From NCBI GenBank assembly GCA_040006915.1, contig JBDTWD010000001.1:34229-98228 (forward strand): a stretch of 64,000 nt of DNA, in the 5' to 3' direction. Each line of letters begins with the position of its first letter. Positions within the stretch are counted from its first letter, which is position 1. The stretch is from Candidatus Woesebacteria bacterium (GTDB lineage: Bacteria > Patescibacteriota > Microgenomatia > UBA1400 > UBA12028). This document shows positions 56,144 to 64,000 of the stretch, in pieces. The notes beneath the pieces are model-generated. The model was not told the origin of the DNA. It worked only from the letters and a program-made list of their open reading frames with translations, and ran no database searches. Position numbers and translations under genes: made by a program.

Positions 56144-56530
56144 TTATTCGTCTTTTACTCGCACTGCTGATGCAATTTGGTCTGCAAAAGAATTAATTTT
56201 ATCTCTGAAATGTACCATTAGTTCTGTCTGTGGAAGCTGTTCACAAACAAATCTTCCGTATTTTTGAATATGCTCAGGATTTGTAGGGTCTTGTAAACCT
56301 GTTTCTGGGCAAGTATGTTGCCCGAATTTCCACCAAGGAGGTGAAAGTTCACCAATACCCACACCTACCGCATCTTTTGCTCCGTTTTTTAAATTGACGT
56401 ATAACATCCGCGATACTGTCTGCGCAGAATCGACAACATCGTCAATGACCAACACAGATTTTCCCTGAATGAATGTGCCAAATGCCTTTTTAAAATCATC
56501 GACAGCAATCTTTCTTTCATGCATATACAC
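56144..56530 (-). CDS. Phosphoribosyltransferase-like protein, possibly only the C-terminal half of a split PRTase.
   Basis: SVLVIDDVVDSAQTV resembles the PRPP-binding motif (VLLVDDVLTTGAT) of type I PRTases. The ORF is only 128 aa. Confidence 0.35.
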   Translation of the reverse strand: MYMHERKIAVDDFKKAFGTFIQGKSVLVIDDVVDSAQTVSRMLYVNLKNGAKDAVGVGIGELSPPWWKFGQHTCPETGLQDPTNPEHIQKYGRFVCEQLPQTELMVHFRDKINSFADQIASAVRVKDE

Positions 56531-56602
56531 CGCCTTTTCTTTCCTTGAGGTAAGATAGCATCCTAAGTCAAATATTTCTGGATGTGGATAAATAGAAAGA
56601 GG

Positions 56603-56977
56603 CTATGGACCAGGGATATTAAGCTTTTCCCAGACCCTAGAAAGTATCCAGTCATGGGGCACAGCAGATTTCGCAAGAAATTGAAGAACAGATCCTTCTT
56701 TATCCTGACATATTGTTAAAATGGTATTCAGCAATTTTATGACATCTTTCGCCATTCTGCGTTCCGAATCAACATCAAAAAAATCACCCTTGAATTCTTT
56801 TACATCCACGCTATATGGTGAAGAAAATATTCTTTTCTCTTTTTTTAATGTTAGGGAAAAAGAGGGAAATAGTTTTAGTATCCCTGCTTTTTCTTCGAAT
56901 TGTCGAATTGAATAGATATCTTTTGTGAACGAGTTTACTGGAAGTAACTCACTTTTTTGTATTTGTTCTGATCTCAT
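56603..56977 (-). CDS. Hypothetical protein, possibly the N-terminal half of the split PRTase.
   Basis: 124-aa ORF, 72 nt upstream of the PRTase-like fragment on the same strand. Confidence 0.3.
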   Translation of the reverse strand: MRSEQIQKSELLPVNSFTKDIYSIRQFEEKAGILKLFPSFSLTLKKEKRIFSSPYSVDVKEFKGDFFDVDSERRMAKDVIKLLNTILTICQDKEGSVLQFLAKSAVPHDWILSRVWEKLNIPGP

Positions 56978-57132
56978 ACACTCTATTTAATACTAGGTAG
57001 AGAAAAAAAGAAAACTTCTATGATCAAAATCGGCTCTGACGTCCTCCGACTCGAGCCCTGCAAAATCCTTTTCTTCGAGTGAAAAAATGGGACACATGGA
57101 AGGCTAGAACTCAGTTAGACCACTGAGAACAT

Positions 57133-57636
57133 TTATTTGGAATGTCTTTTCGCAATCCATTCTTTAAGCATCAAAATAAGTTGGTCAGAATCGACTGGTA
57201 ACTCTTTGTTAGGTTGATCAGATTCAATGATTTTTTTCTCTTTCCTATCATAAAGTAAAAAACCCGCGATGAGTACGCATCGTATACTGTCACCGTCCTT
57301 AACAGGTATTAGGTGGATGCTACCAATATCGTAATCACGATCTGCAATCTCAAATAGCCTGGAATAAGCGTATCGGTTCGTGCTGTCCATTAATGCAGGT
57401 ACCCCGAGGGTTTTTGGTATGTTGAAAGAGAAAGGAAGAGGAGTATAGCTGTCAGGTATTCGTGGGTTCTCCGTTACAGAATACCCTCCTTCTCTCAGGG
57501 AGGCGAAAACAGAATCAATCAAACCTTGAGCGGAATCCATTAATTTATCCAATTTGTATTCTAAGTCCTTTTTTCTCTGAAGCTCTTCTTCTTTCTGCGT
57601 TTTTCCGTCTTGCTCACTCTCCTTAATCCAACTCAT
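57133..57636 (-). CDS. Hypothetical protein.
   Basis: 167-aa ORF with no recognisable motifs. Confidence 0.4.
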   Translation of the reverse strand: MSWIKESEQDGKTQKEEELQRKKDLEYKLDKLMDSAQGLIDSVFASLREGGYSVTENPRIPDSYTPLPFSFNIPKTLGVPALMDSTNRYAYSRLFEIADRDYDIGSIHLIPVKDGDSIRCVLIAGFLLYDRKEKKIIESDQPNKELPVDSDQLILMLKEWIAKRHSK

Positions 57637-57715
57637 ATTTCTCCTAAAATTTATAGTTACGGTATCCTATACCCGTCTAGAAGTTACGTCAAATAGGCCC
57701 TTAACTGATTTTTAA

Positions 57716-57775
57716 ATTGATACAAAGAAAGGTTCAAAAATGTTTAAATGTGGGTTTGGGGGAAATTTTTTCATG
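57716..57775 (-). pseudogene. Truncated duplicate of the 5' end (start codon plus ~14 codons) of the lipocalin-like gene.
   Basis: 57731-57775 is ~90% identical to 55935-55983. The reverse-strand translation MKKFPPNPHLNIFEPFFVSI-stop matches MTKFPPNPYLNIFEPFIG of the intact gene. Confidence 0.4.
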
Positions 57776-58114
57776 CTATAGAGTATATCAAACGTTCAAG
57801 TCTCTATGACGTGGTACTCAGAGTTAGAATATATTATACTCAGGTTTGATTATGAATTTAAAAAATGAAAGTTACGTTATCTTGATGGGAACGAAAAATT
57901 TCACTGAGAAGTATTATAAAGACGAAAAAGGATGGGTGAAAGTTTCGGCCAAAGGCAAGGTTTTTAGGATGAGCGCAGAACAAGTTCTCAATCATCTCTT
58001 ACCTGCAGTTGCGGGTGTCAAACCAAACGTGCTACTAAAGGTTGAACATATAGACCAAGCGACAGAGAACCATTGATACTAGGTATCTTGCACTCCTCCG
58101 TGGAGGAACTGCTT

Positions 58115-58432
58115 TCAATTCTCATTGCTACCGACTTTCAGAGCCACTGCGACACAATGTTTACAAAAAATATCATGATTTTTAGGATTACCGCTACAAT
58201 GCCAGAAGAGTTTTCCCTGTTTAACTGACAACCACACATGTCGACGTGAACCACCGCCACTCTTCACATCACCGACTAATCCACCTGCCCATGCCTCAAC
58301 TCCATTTGTATCACTGGCAATCAACTCCACACCCCCTCTCTGAAAAATCTTTGTGCCATAGTGAATGTTTGATTGTATGGCTATTTCTGTAAGAGGGCTA
58401 TCATGTAGGAGTTGTTTCAATGTTTTTTCCAT
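58115..58432 (-). CDS. SWIM zinc-finger protein.
   Basis: CSGNPKNHDIFCKHCVAV matches the SWIM CxCxnCxH signature. Confidence 0.55.
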   Translation of the reverse strand: MEKTLKQLLHDSPLTEIAIQSNIHYGTKIFQRGGVELIASDTNGVEAWAGGLVGDVKSGGGSRRHVWLSVKQGKLFWHCSGNPKNHDIFCKHCVAVALKVGSNEN

Positions 58433-58669
58433 ACCAACATTCTAACGGATTGGTGAGGAATGTTTTGTTTAGAATTTGCCACTCGACATCAAATATAGTC
58501 GTTTTAGACGATCGCTCTCCACTTTCAGGGTTTTTCACATGGGAAACTTACCAACCTCCAACCGGATATTCTTTGATTTAGTCCATTGCTTGATTAAGAA
58601 GCTCTGGACTCACCTGTCCGTTTTTAAGACATGATATTCTATAGAGTGTTTACCTCTACTATTTAACAG

Positions 58670-58966
58670 TTGTTTTTAACACTTAAACTATTAGACTACT
58701 ACAATGCTAGGTTAAATAGTACCAAGAGGAGATATATGAAAGAAACCAAACCAAATCCAAGTGATTTTATTGAAGAACAGAGATTAAGATTACGCAAAGC
58801 AATATTAGAAACAAATGCAGATATGGAATCCCGAATCATTGCTGACGTGATTGAGAAATATGGTGCTCAATATGCTCGACAATGGAGAATGGTTGTAGCT
58901 GAAGAGCTTGGGCAACAACGAATAGAACAGTCAACAAAAGAAATGCTCAAAGGTTATTCAGAATAG
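58670..58966 (+). CDS. Hypothetical small protein.
   Basis: 98-aa ORF. Confidence 0.35.
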   Translation: MFLTLKLLDYYNARLNSTKRRYMKETKPNPSDFIEEQRLRLRKAILETNADMESRIIADVIEKYGAQYARQWRMVVAEELGQQRIEQSTKEMLKGYSE

Positions 58967-59253
58967 GCGTTCGTTTTGAATACAAATCTCATTTGTCACT
59001 GCAAATTATGTTGCTTGCCAACTGGATTGGCATATGACGAGCGGATGGAGACAGTGAAACAAACAAATACTTCAAACCTTTGGAAACTTTCTCAGAGTTC
59101 TTTTCAATCATGCTAGCTGATGAGAAAGAAATTGGGATTTTTTGCCGTAGGCTTAGGGACAGCGCACTTAAACCTAGAATAGACAACGAGTGAACATATC
59201 AATAGCCAAAAACTCTTATTAATTTAACGATTTATGCTTAGAATAACAAATGC

Positions 59254-59715
59254 TTAAATAAGCAAAACGTCTATGTTCATTCTTTTTAATATTTCTATTC
59301 CTTTTCCTATATGTGAAGGTTTCTTAGAAATCACGCGTTTCATTCTAGCTTGATGAATAGCTATTGCACATTCTTTGCAAGGCGGGATGGAGACATACAT
59401 ACTCGCACCTGTAAGATCAATATCATGAGTGGAAGCATTTCTAATTGCTATAAACTCAGCGTGCAAACACTTACATTCTCGTCGTTTTTCTCCCGAAGCC
59501 AATATACCTAAGAATCTCTGTTTACATCTTACACAGCCACCTTCACCACATTTCAAATCAGAGAAGGTATCATTATGACCAGATGACAATATTTCTTCGT
59601 TTAGACAAATAACTGCACCGACTTTTTTACTTAAACAAGTGCTTTTTTTGGATTCATCTTCAGCAATTTTCAAAAATTTACTGTCGCTTGTAAAAACCCG
59701 TTGTTTAATTGACAC
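59254..59715 (-). CDS. dCMP (deoxycytidylate) deaminase, zinc-dependent CDA family.
   Basis: Zinc motifs CLHAEFIAI (H/CxE) and PCKECA (PCxxC). It sits directly downstream of the hydroxymethylase gene with no gap. Confidence 0.8.
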   Translation of the reverse strand: MSIKQRVFTSDSKFLKIAEDESKKSTCLSKKVGAVICLNEEILSSGHNDTFSDLKCGEGGCVRCKQRFLGILASGEKRRECKCLHAEFIAIRNASTHDIDLTGASMYVSIPPCKECAIAIHQARMKRVISKKPSHIGKGIEILKRMNIDVLLI

Positions 59716-60630
59716 TTACGATTCTTTCTTTCCAATTAAGGTGTTTTGGCAAAAATTACAGAAATTACTCTTTAATGGGAATAGATCTTTATTAGTATTA
59801 TTTCTAATAATGCTCTCATTCAATTGTAGCTGATCAATCTCGCTTAAGTCATCTATTGGTGGCATAGTGATAATCTTATTTTCATTGGGACTTCTTATTA
59901 TTGACTCGACCATTTCAAAATTCCTTTTATAGATATGACTACTTGTAGAAAAATGGTGATACATGCCAAGTTGCAATTGTGGATAATGTGCCCGCAATTC
60001 GATAAGCATCTTTTCTTGAAAGAGAGTGAAAGCAAAAACGTCATTTGCAAATCCAAGAATCAAATCATTGCTTCGCATATTCACAGAAAGATAGAGCCTT
60101 TCGTTCCGGATAAAAAATTGTAAAAATGCGGTACAAAGAAAGTCTTTAGTAGGTTTTAGCATATCTCGTGGAGAGATGAGCATAATGACTGCTCTTCGCG
60201 ATTCTTTATCTATAACGAGTTCTTTTATCACGAAATCCCACTGATTGACCGAATGTTCTGTATTATTTCCAAAAATTCTATATCCATATGCTGAGTTAAC
60301 GGTTTTCCCATCGTCGCTCACTTTTTTCCAAAATTTAGAATAAAACGATATTTCTTCCAAGCTGTTAGATCCTCGCTCATACCACAGCCATTCGGCGATA
60401 CCGTACCTAAGGGAGAAACCACGATATTTATTTGTGATAATTCTTTGACTTGGATCAGATATTGTTACGTGTGTGCAAATAATCTCTCTAGTATCTTCAC
60501 CTCTTGGCGAGACAATAAAATCTGGATTCTCGTAGGCATCCTTCAATATCTCGAGGAATGCCTCGTTCGTAGTCGTTGCAAAGTAAGATCTGTTTTTATT
60601 CATAACCAAGTAAAGCATTATACCTCTCAA
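59716..60630 (-). CDS. Thymidylate-synthase-family pyrimidine hydroxymethylase, closest to T4 gp42 dCMP hydroxymethylase.
   Basis: ThyA-family core: ESRRAVIMLISPRDM (the SRR...S.W motif), catalytic Cys in DFLCTAFLQFF, and NMRSNDLILGFAND. Asp sits at the position of ThyA Asn177, 8 residues after the RSxD Asp, as in dCMP hydroxymethylases. Confidence 0.7.
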   Translation of the reverse strand: MRGIMLYLVMNKNRSYFATTTNEAFLEILKDAYENPDFIVSPRGEDTREIICTHVTISDPSQRIITNKYRGFSLRYGIAEWLWYERGSNSLEEISFYSKFWKKVSDDGKTVNSAYGYRIFGNNTEHSVNQWDFVIKELVIDKESRRAVIMLISPRDMLKPTKDFLCTAFLQFFIRNERLYLSVNMRSNDLILGFANDVFAFTLFQEKMLIELRAHYPQLQLGMYHHFSTSSHIYKRNFEMVESIIRSPNENKIITMPPIDDLSEIDQLQLNESIIRNNTNKDLFPLKSNFCNFCQNTLIGKKES

Positions 60631-61738
60631 TAGTGGTATTTAAACTTTGAGGTAAGTTTGGCAACCTGTTATCTTCATCATACCTGTTTTGTACAATTAG
60701 CTGAGGAGCCTCTATACCAAGCCAATCAAATATTTTTTGTAATGCGTCTGTAGGCTGTCTCAATAAATCCTCAAAGGGTATGTGAACCATTTGTACATGA
60801 TTGCTCTGTTCCATAATTGCTGAAATATGTCTCCCCCAAAATATTGCCGGATCATCTGTAGAATCACTCTCTGTGAAGTATTTAAAACCATTTGTCGCTA
60901 TTGATTGTGAGGCCGCATATCCATTGCGGTGTATATGAATAAAATATGCACTATTGTTGAAAATGTGTTGAAGTTGTGGAATTCGAAAACTATTAAAAGG
61001 AGATTTAGATAAAAAGAAAGGTGATTCAAAAGCTTGAGCATGCTCTGAGGCAGCCATTACAAGTGATTCAGGATTCTTGATAACAGGCTCACTCAGCAGA
61101 TACTGATGCGTTCGAAGCTGTGAGTAAGAGGTTATATATCTGTTAAAGATGTGTTCTGATTCATCGGGAATTACCGTATCGGTTAACAACCTTAGTTTTT
61201 TTGAATCTTGGGTTAAAATTTCTGATCCAGAACTTTGAAAATGTTTCCGCCCATCTAAATGTGACAAATTATACGATGACCATACATGATGAGAGAAATT
61301 AGTAAAATACGAAAAGCAGCGTTGAAATGATAACAAATTGAACAAGTGGGTGGTTCCAGACCGAGGACTTCCTACAATAAAAATATTTTTCTCAGGGGCT
61401 GTTGGTGGGCTAATTCTGCCTTTGTGTTCAAGTCTAGCGTTCATTTGTCCCTGCAAGTCAATTCTTTCTCGTTCAGCAATTAAAGATATATCAAGATAGC
61501 TGCTTCCATGTTGAGCCATTAAATCAAGATATTTGACTATTTCCGCGTGTGTTTCTTTAGCAACTCCTCCTGACAATGACCTTCCTTCTAATTCTTCGAT
61601 TAAGACATGTTCTTCAAGATTTTCACTAAAGCGATAAATTCTTCTTTTCGCTAGTGCAATATCCGCCCTGAGTTGACGAATATTCTCGGGGACAAGCGCT
61701 TGTTCAGATGTGGGAGTAAAACGAATAATTTCACTCAT
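60596..61738 (-). CDS. Sulfotransferase-family protein (P-loop-like PAPS-binding fold) with a ~110-aa N-terminal extension.
   Basis: 5'-PSB-like motif IFIVGSPRSGTTHL. YFIHIHRNGYAASQS resembles the sulfotransferase RDPRD...S motif. Confidence 0.55.
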   Translation of the reverse strand: MSEIIRFTPTSEQALVPENIRQLRADIALAKRRIYRFSENLEEHVLIEELEGRSLSGGVAKETHAEIVKYLDLMAQHGSSYLDISLIAERERIDLQGQMNARLEHKGRISPPTAPEKNIFIVGSPRSGTTHLFNLLSFQRCFSYFTNFSHHVWSSYNLSHLDGRKHFQSSGSEILTQDSKKLRLLTDTVIPDESEHIFNRYITSYSQLRTHQYLLSEPVIKNPESLVMAASEHAQAFESPFFLSKSPFNSFRIPQLQHIFNNSAYFIHIHRNGYAASQSIATNGFKYFTESDSTDDPAIFWGRHISAIMEQSNHVQMVHIPFEDLLRQPTDALQKIFDWLGIEAPQLIVQNRYDEDNRLPNLPQSLNTTIERYNALLGYE

Positions 61739-61741
61739 ATA

Positions 61742-62524
61742 TCAGATGATTTTACTCTCTTGTAATAATTTACTGGTTAAACGCAAAAGATAATTTGCAT
61801 CAGTCTCCGAAGTGTTCGGATTGAGTCGTATGGCACTTATGCAAGAGTTCGCTACAACAATTGGTAAAACAGCTTCATATTCGCTTAGCTGGCCTAGTAA
61901 TGTTGCGTTACGAACACCTGAGAGGAACTTCTTCAATAACGGATAGATCTCTATATTTGGATCGGTGTATTGAAACTTGATCAACTGAGCAAAATCAGCC
62001 AGAATGAATGAGGGAACAACATAGTCGAAATCTATCATTGATACATTATCCTCATGAAAAACCCAGTTTTCTGGTTTAGCGTCTTTGAATAATGCGGGGA
62101 AAAATAACGATTCGAGTGCCCTTAAATTTTTTTCATACTGAGGCATACATACATCGGCTCCAGTTTTTCTGCTAAAGAACAAAACATTCTCTCGTACTTT
62201 GTTAATGTAGTCACCACGTGTGTTCCCCTTTGTCGAGTCCAATGGAAATAATTTCTGAAACGAAATGAGTTGGTTAATACAGACATTTAACTCACCGTTC
62301 GATAAATATCGTTTGACTAAACCTGAGATGCCTTTCATCCTTATACTATTTTGCTCACCATTCACTTCAAGAATCGATGGCGTACGTATCCCTTGTGACG
62401 AACAAGCATTGAGATAATATGCTTCACACTGAAATCTATCTTTGCTCGCATATTTTTTGATAATAACTAAATACTCTTTGTCCTTTTGTACAGTCACAGT
62501 ATTTACATTGCTTTGAACTGTCAT
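61742..62524 (-). CDS. APH/choline-kinase-like (protein-kinase fold) phosphotransferase.
   Basis: Beta-3 Lys region EYLVIIKKY, catalytic loop DAKPENWVF (HGD-x-x-x-x-N-like) and metal-binding IDFD. Confidence 0.55.
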   Translation of the reverse strand: MTVQSNVNTVTVQKDKEYLVIIKKYASKDRFQCEAYYLNACSSQGIRTPSILEVNGEQNSIRMKGISGLVKRYLSNGELNVCINQLISFQKLFPLDSTKGNTRGDYINKVRENVLFFSRKTGADVCMPQYEKNLRALESLFFPALFKDAKPENWVFHEDNVSMIDFDYVVPSFILADFAQLIKFQYTDPNIEIYPLLKKFLSGVRNATLLGQLSEYEAVLPIVVANSCISAIRLNPNTSETDANYLLRLTSKLLQESKII

Positions 62525-62526
62525 AT

Positions 62527-63570
62527 TTATCTCAATTCCTGGAATGCATGTAAAATTGAATCAATCTGTCTCTCCTGAGAAAAAATTTGAGCAATGGAAA
62601 ACAACTCAAGCAACAAGTCCGTAATCTTTTTACCAGAACGAGTAAGAATCCAATCTATTCCTTCAAGAACATCTTTGTCGTCTGCAACAATTAGCTCTGC
62701 AGGGAACATTTGGGTAACGTCTCCATATTCTTTTGGTACGAACGGAATACAAAGACCCCAAAGTGATTCAAATAATCGTTGTGTCATCTGTCCGCTTTTA
62801 TAGTATCTTTCAGGAGCAATTAGAACTGTCGTTAGAGATTGCTCGTATAACCCGTGTACTCTTTCGAAACCAATTCTTCCATGAAAATCAGCATTAAGGA
62901 ATTGATTTGGATCCCACTTTCCATAAATTTGTGCCGGTGGAGTCAATAATTTCGATGGCCTGTCATAGTATTTATTGAAACTTTCATCTCTTTCATATTG
63001 ATTACCAATATATATTAACTTAATCGATCTGGTCATTGTCTGATAATCGTTTATTCGTTCTACCGCCTGACCTGTTCTACGTGCATCCATTGGGAAAAGC
63101 AGCTGCCTTCTCCCTTCCCGTGGGTTTAAAGAAGGTTCGAAAACAGTTACCCTGTTTTGAGATAAAATTTCGGCATCAACAGGTAATTTTTGATCCTTAT
63201 CCCAAATGAGAATCGGTACATCTTGCGATACATAATACTCTAATATCTCTGTTTGACGATCAAGATCTGGCATATAAAGCTTGTCTGTTTTTTCTATTCC
63301 GACGTTCCTGCCAGGGATCGGCCACCTATATTCTAAAAATACGAAGTCAAGATCGGGAAACTTGTCACTAAATGACAAGCTCGATTTACTAAAATCTTCG
63401 CCAGCCTCCTCCAGATCTCGATTTTTCTGCAACATTCTTACTGATGCTCCTTGTGCAATTAATCCGTCAATGAGTGTGAATCTATGACTACGACCACCAT
63501 CAGGCGTATTCTCTATTCCGTTCCCTAAAAATCCCCAACAACTATATCCAACTTCAATTTTTGATGACAT
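62527..63570 (-). CDS. Glycosyltransferase resembling phage T4 DNA beta-glucosyltransferase (BGT-like, GT-B fold).
   Basis: 347 aa (T4 BGT is 351 aa). KLIYIGNQYERDESFNKYY resembles BGT's LDVIYGGSFRSGQRESKM, and RLFESLWG resembles RVWETMAS. The gene sits in an operon with a hydroxymethylase. Confidence 0.45.
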   Translation of the reverse strand: MSSKIEVGYSCWGFLGNGIENTPDGGRSHRFTLIDGLIAQGASVRMLQKNRDLEEAGEDFSKSSLSFSDKFPDLDFVFLEYRWPIPGRNVGIEKTDKLYMPDLDRQTEILEYYVSQDVPILIWDKDQKLPVDAEILSQNRVTVFEPSLNPREGRRQLLFPMDARRTGQAVERINDYQTMTRSIKLIYIGNQYERDESFNKYYDRPSKLLTPPAQIYGKWDPNQFLNADFHGRIGFERVHGLYEQSLTTVLIAPERYYKSGQMTQRLFESLWGLCIPFVPKEYGDVTQMFPAELIVADDKDVLEGIDWILTRSGKKITDLLLELFSIAQIFSQERQIDSILHAFQELR

Positions 63571-64000
63571 ATAGGACTTCTATATATTTATCTATAAACA
63601 TTTTTTTTCTGGAAATTTCTTTCAGCCAAGCTAATTTATACTCTTCATTTTTGTCAGATGACAAGACACCTGACAAGTTGTATCTTGGCGTGGATAAAAC
63701 ATAATCTAAAACATTTTTAGGAGATTCAACAAAAACTTGAGTTTCCATCAAATATGAATCTATAGAGTATTCTCCTTCCGGAAAACTTTTTCTTAAGATC
63801 GTTTCACCATTCTCATAACAAAAATGCTCTTCATCACGTGTTGAAGAAATGCTTTTCCCAGTCGTTTGAAAATTAAATAGTCTGTACGAAATTTCTTTAA
63901 AAATCCTTTCCATCTCTGGGAAAGTGGCCTTTGATTTCGTTGTGATGAAAATGACATGCTTTTTATTTAAATTCTGTTTTAATCCTTTAAAAAAAAGCTT
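63554..64000 (-). CDS. Hypothetical protein, C-terminal part. The ORF stays open to the window end.
   Basis: The reading frame is open from 63913 to 64000 with no stop. It overlaps the start of the glycosyltransferase gene by 17 nt. Confidence 0.35.
   Translation of the reverse strand, partial: KLFFKGLKQNLNKKHVIFITTKSKATFPEMERIFKEISYRLFNFQTTGKSISSTRDEEHFCYENGETILRKSFPEGEYSIDSYLMETQVFVESPKNVLDYVLSTPRYNLSGVLSSDKNEEYKLAWLKEISRKKMFIDKYIEVLYVIKN

Noticed and set aside
59716-60630. Annotating the ThyA-family gene plus the adjacent dCMP deaminase as an ordinary housekeeping dTMP synthesis pair.
   Set aside because: This is a plausible null hypothesis. I did not adopt it as the main call because of Asp at the Asn177-equivalent position, closer resemblance to T4 gp42 blocks than to ThyA, and operon linkage to BGT-like, kinase and sulfotransferase genes. 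It is kept as the explicit alternative.

Overview
This is a low-GC (~40%) bacterial window, probably from an uncultivated lineage with a Gram-positive-like or CPR-like envelope (inference from LCP, YcnI, Excalibur and M23 genes). It is gene-dense, mostly accessory and hypothetical genes, with no rRNA, tRNA or CRISPR recognised. Protein functions are called from motifs read in the ORF track. From left to right the window holds the following. (1) A tightly packed minus-strand operon: ABC ATPase, ABC-2 permease, a polytopic membrane protein with tandem His-rich YtkA-like domains, a CopC-like protein, a YcnI/DUF1775 protein and a lipoprotein. It looks like a split version of the Bacillus ycnJ/ycnI copper module. 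(2) Housekeeping or near-housekeeping genes: alanine racemase, a PolX polymerase with PHP domain, a Cas4/RecB-like PD-(D/E)XK nuclease, a minimal P1B-type ATPase, an MFS transporter, an LCP envelope protein and an ABC-F ATPase. (3) A block of hypothetical genes containing an M23 peptidase followed by two ~650-aa unknown membrane proteins. (4) A candidate novel module whose centrepiece is a 1478-aa fusion of a SNF2-family helicase to a complete sigma-70 (regions 1.2 to 4) plus two extra region-4-like HTHs. It is translationally coupled to a 535-aa unknown and flanked by further unknowns and a receiver-less OmpR-type wHTH protein. (5) Immediately next to that, a type I R-M operon hsdM, NYN nuclease, hsdS, SIR2-like, hsdR. 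The two extra effector genes are start/stop-coupled between the hsd genes, and a perfect consensus sigma-70 promoter plus a terminator (a putative ~50-nt antisense sRNA) sits in the one intergenic gap. (6) At the right edge, an operon that looks like a phage-type DNA base hypermodification pathway: dCMP deaminase, a T4 gp42-like pyrimidine hydroxymethylase carrying Asp at the ThyA Asn177 position, a sulfotransferase, an APH-like kinase and a T4 beta-glucosyltransferase-like protein. Two 45 to 65-bp duplications of gene termini flank small inserted cassettes, which suggests recent insertions. All annotations are motif-level inferences and need profile or structure searches to confirm.
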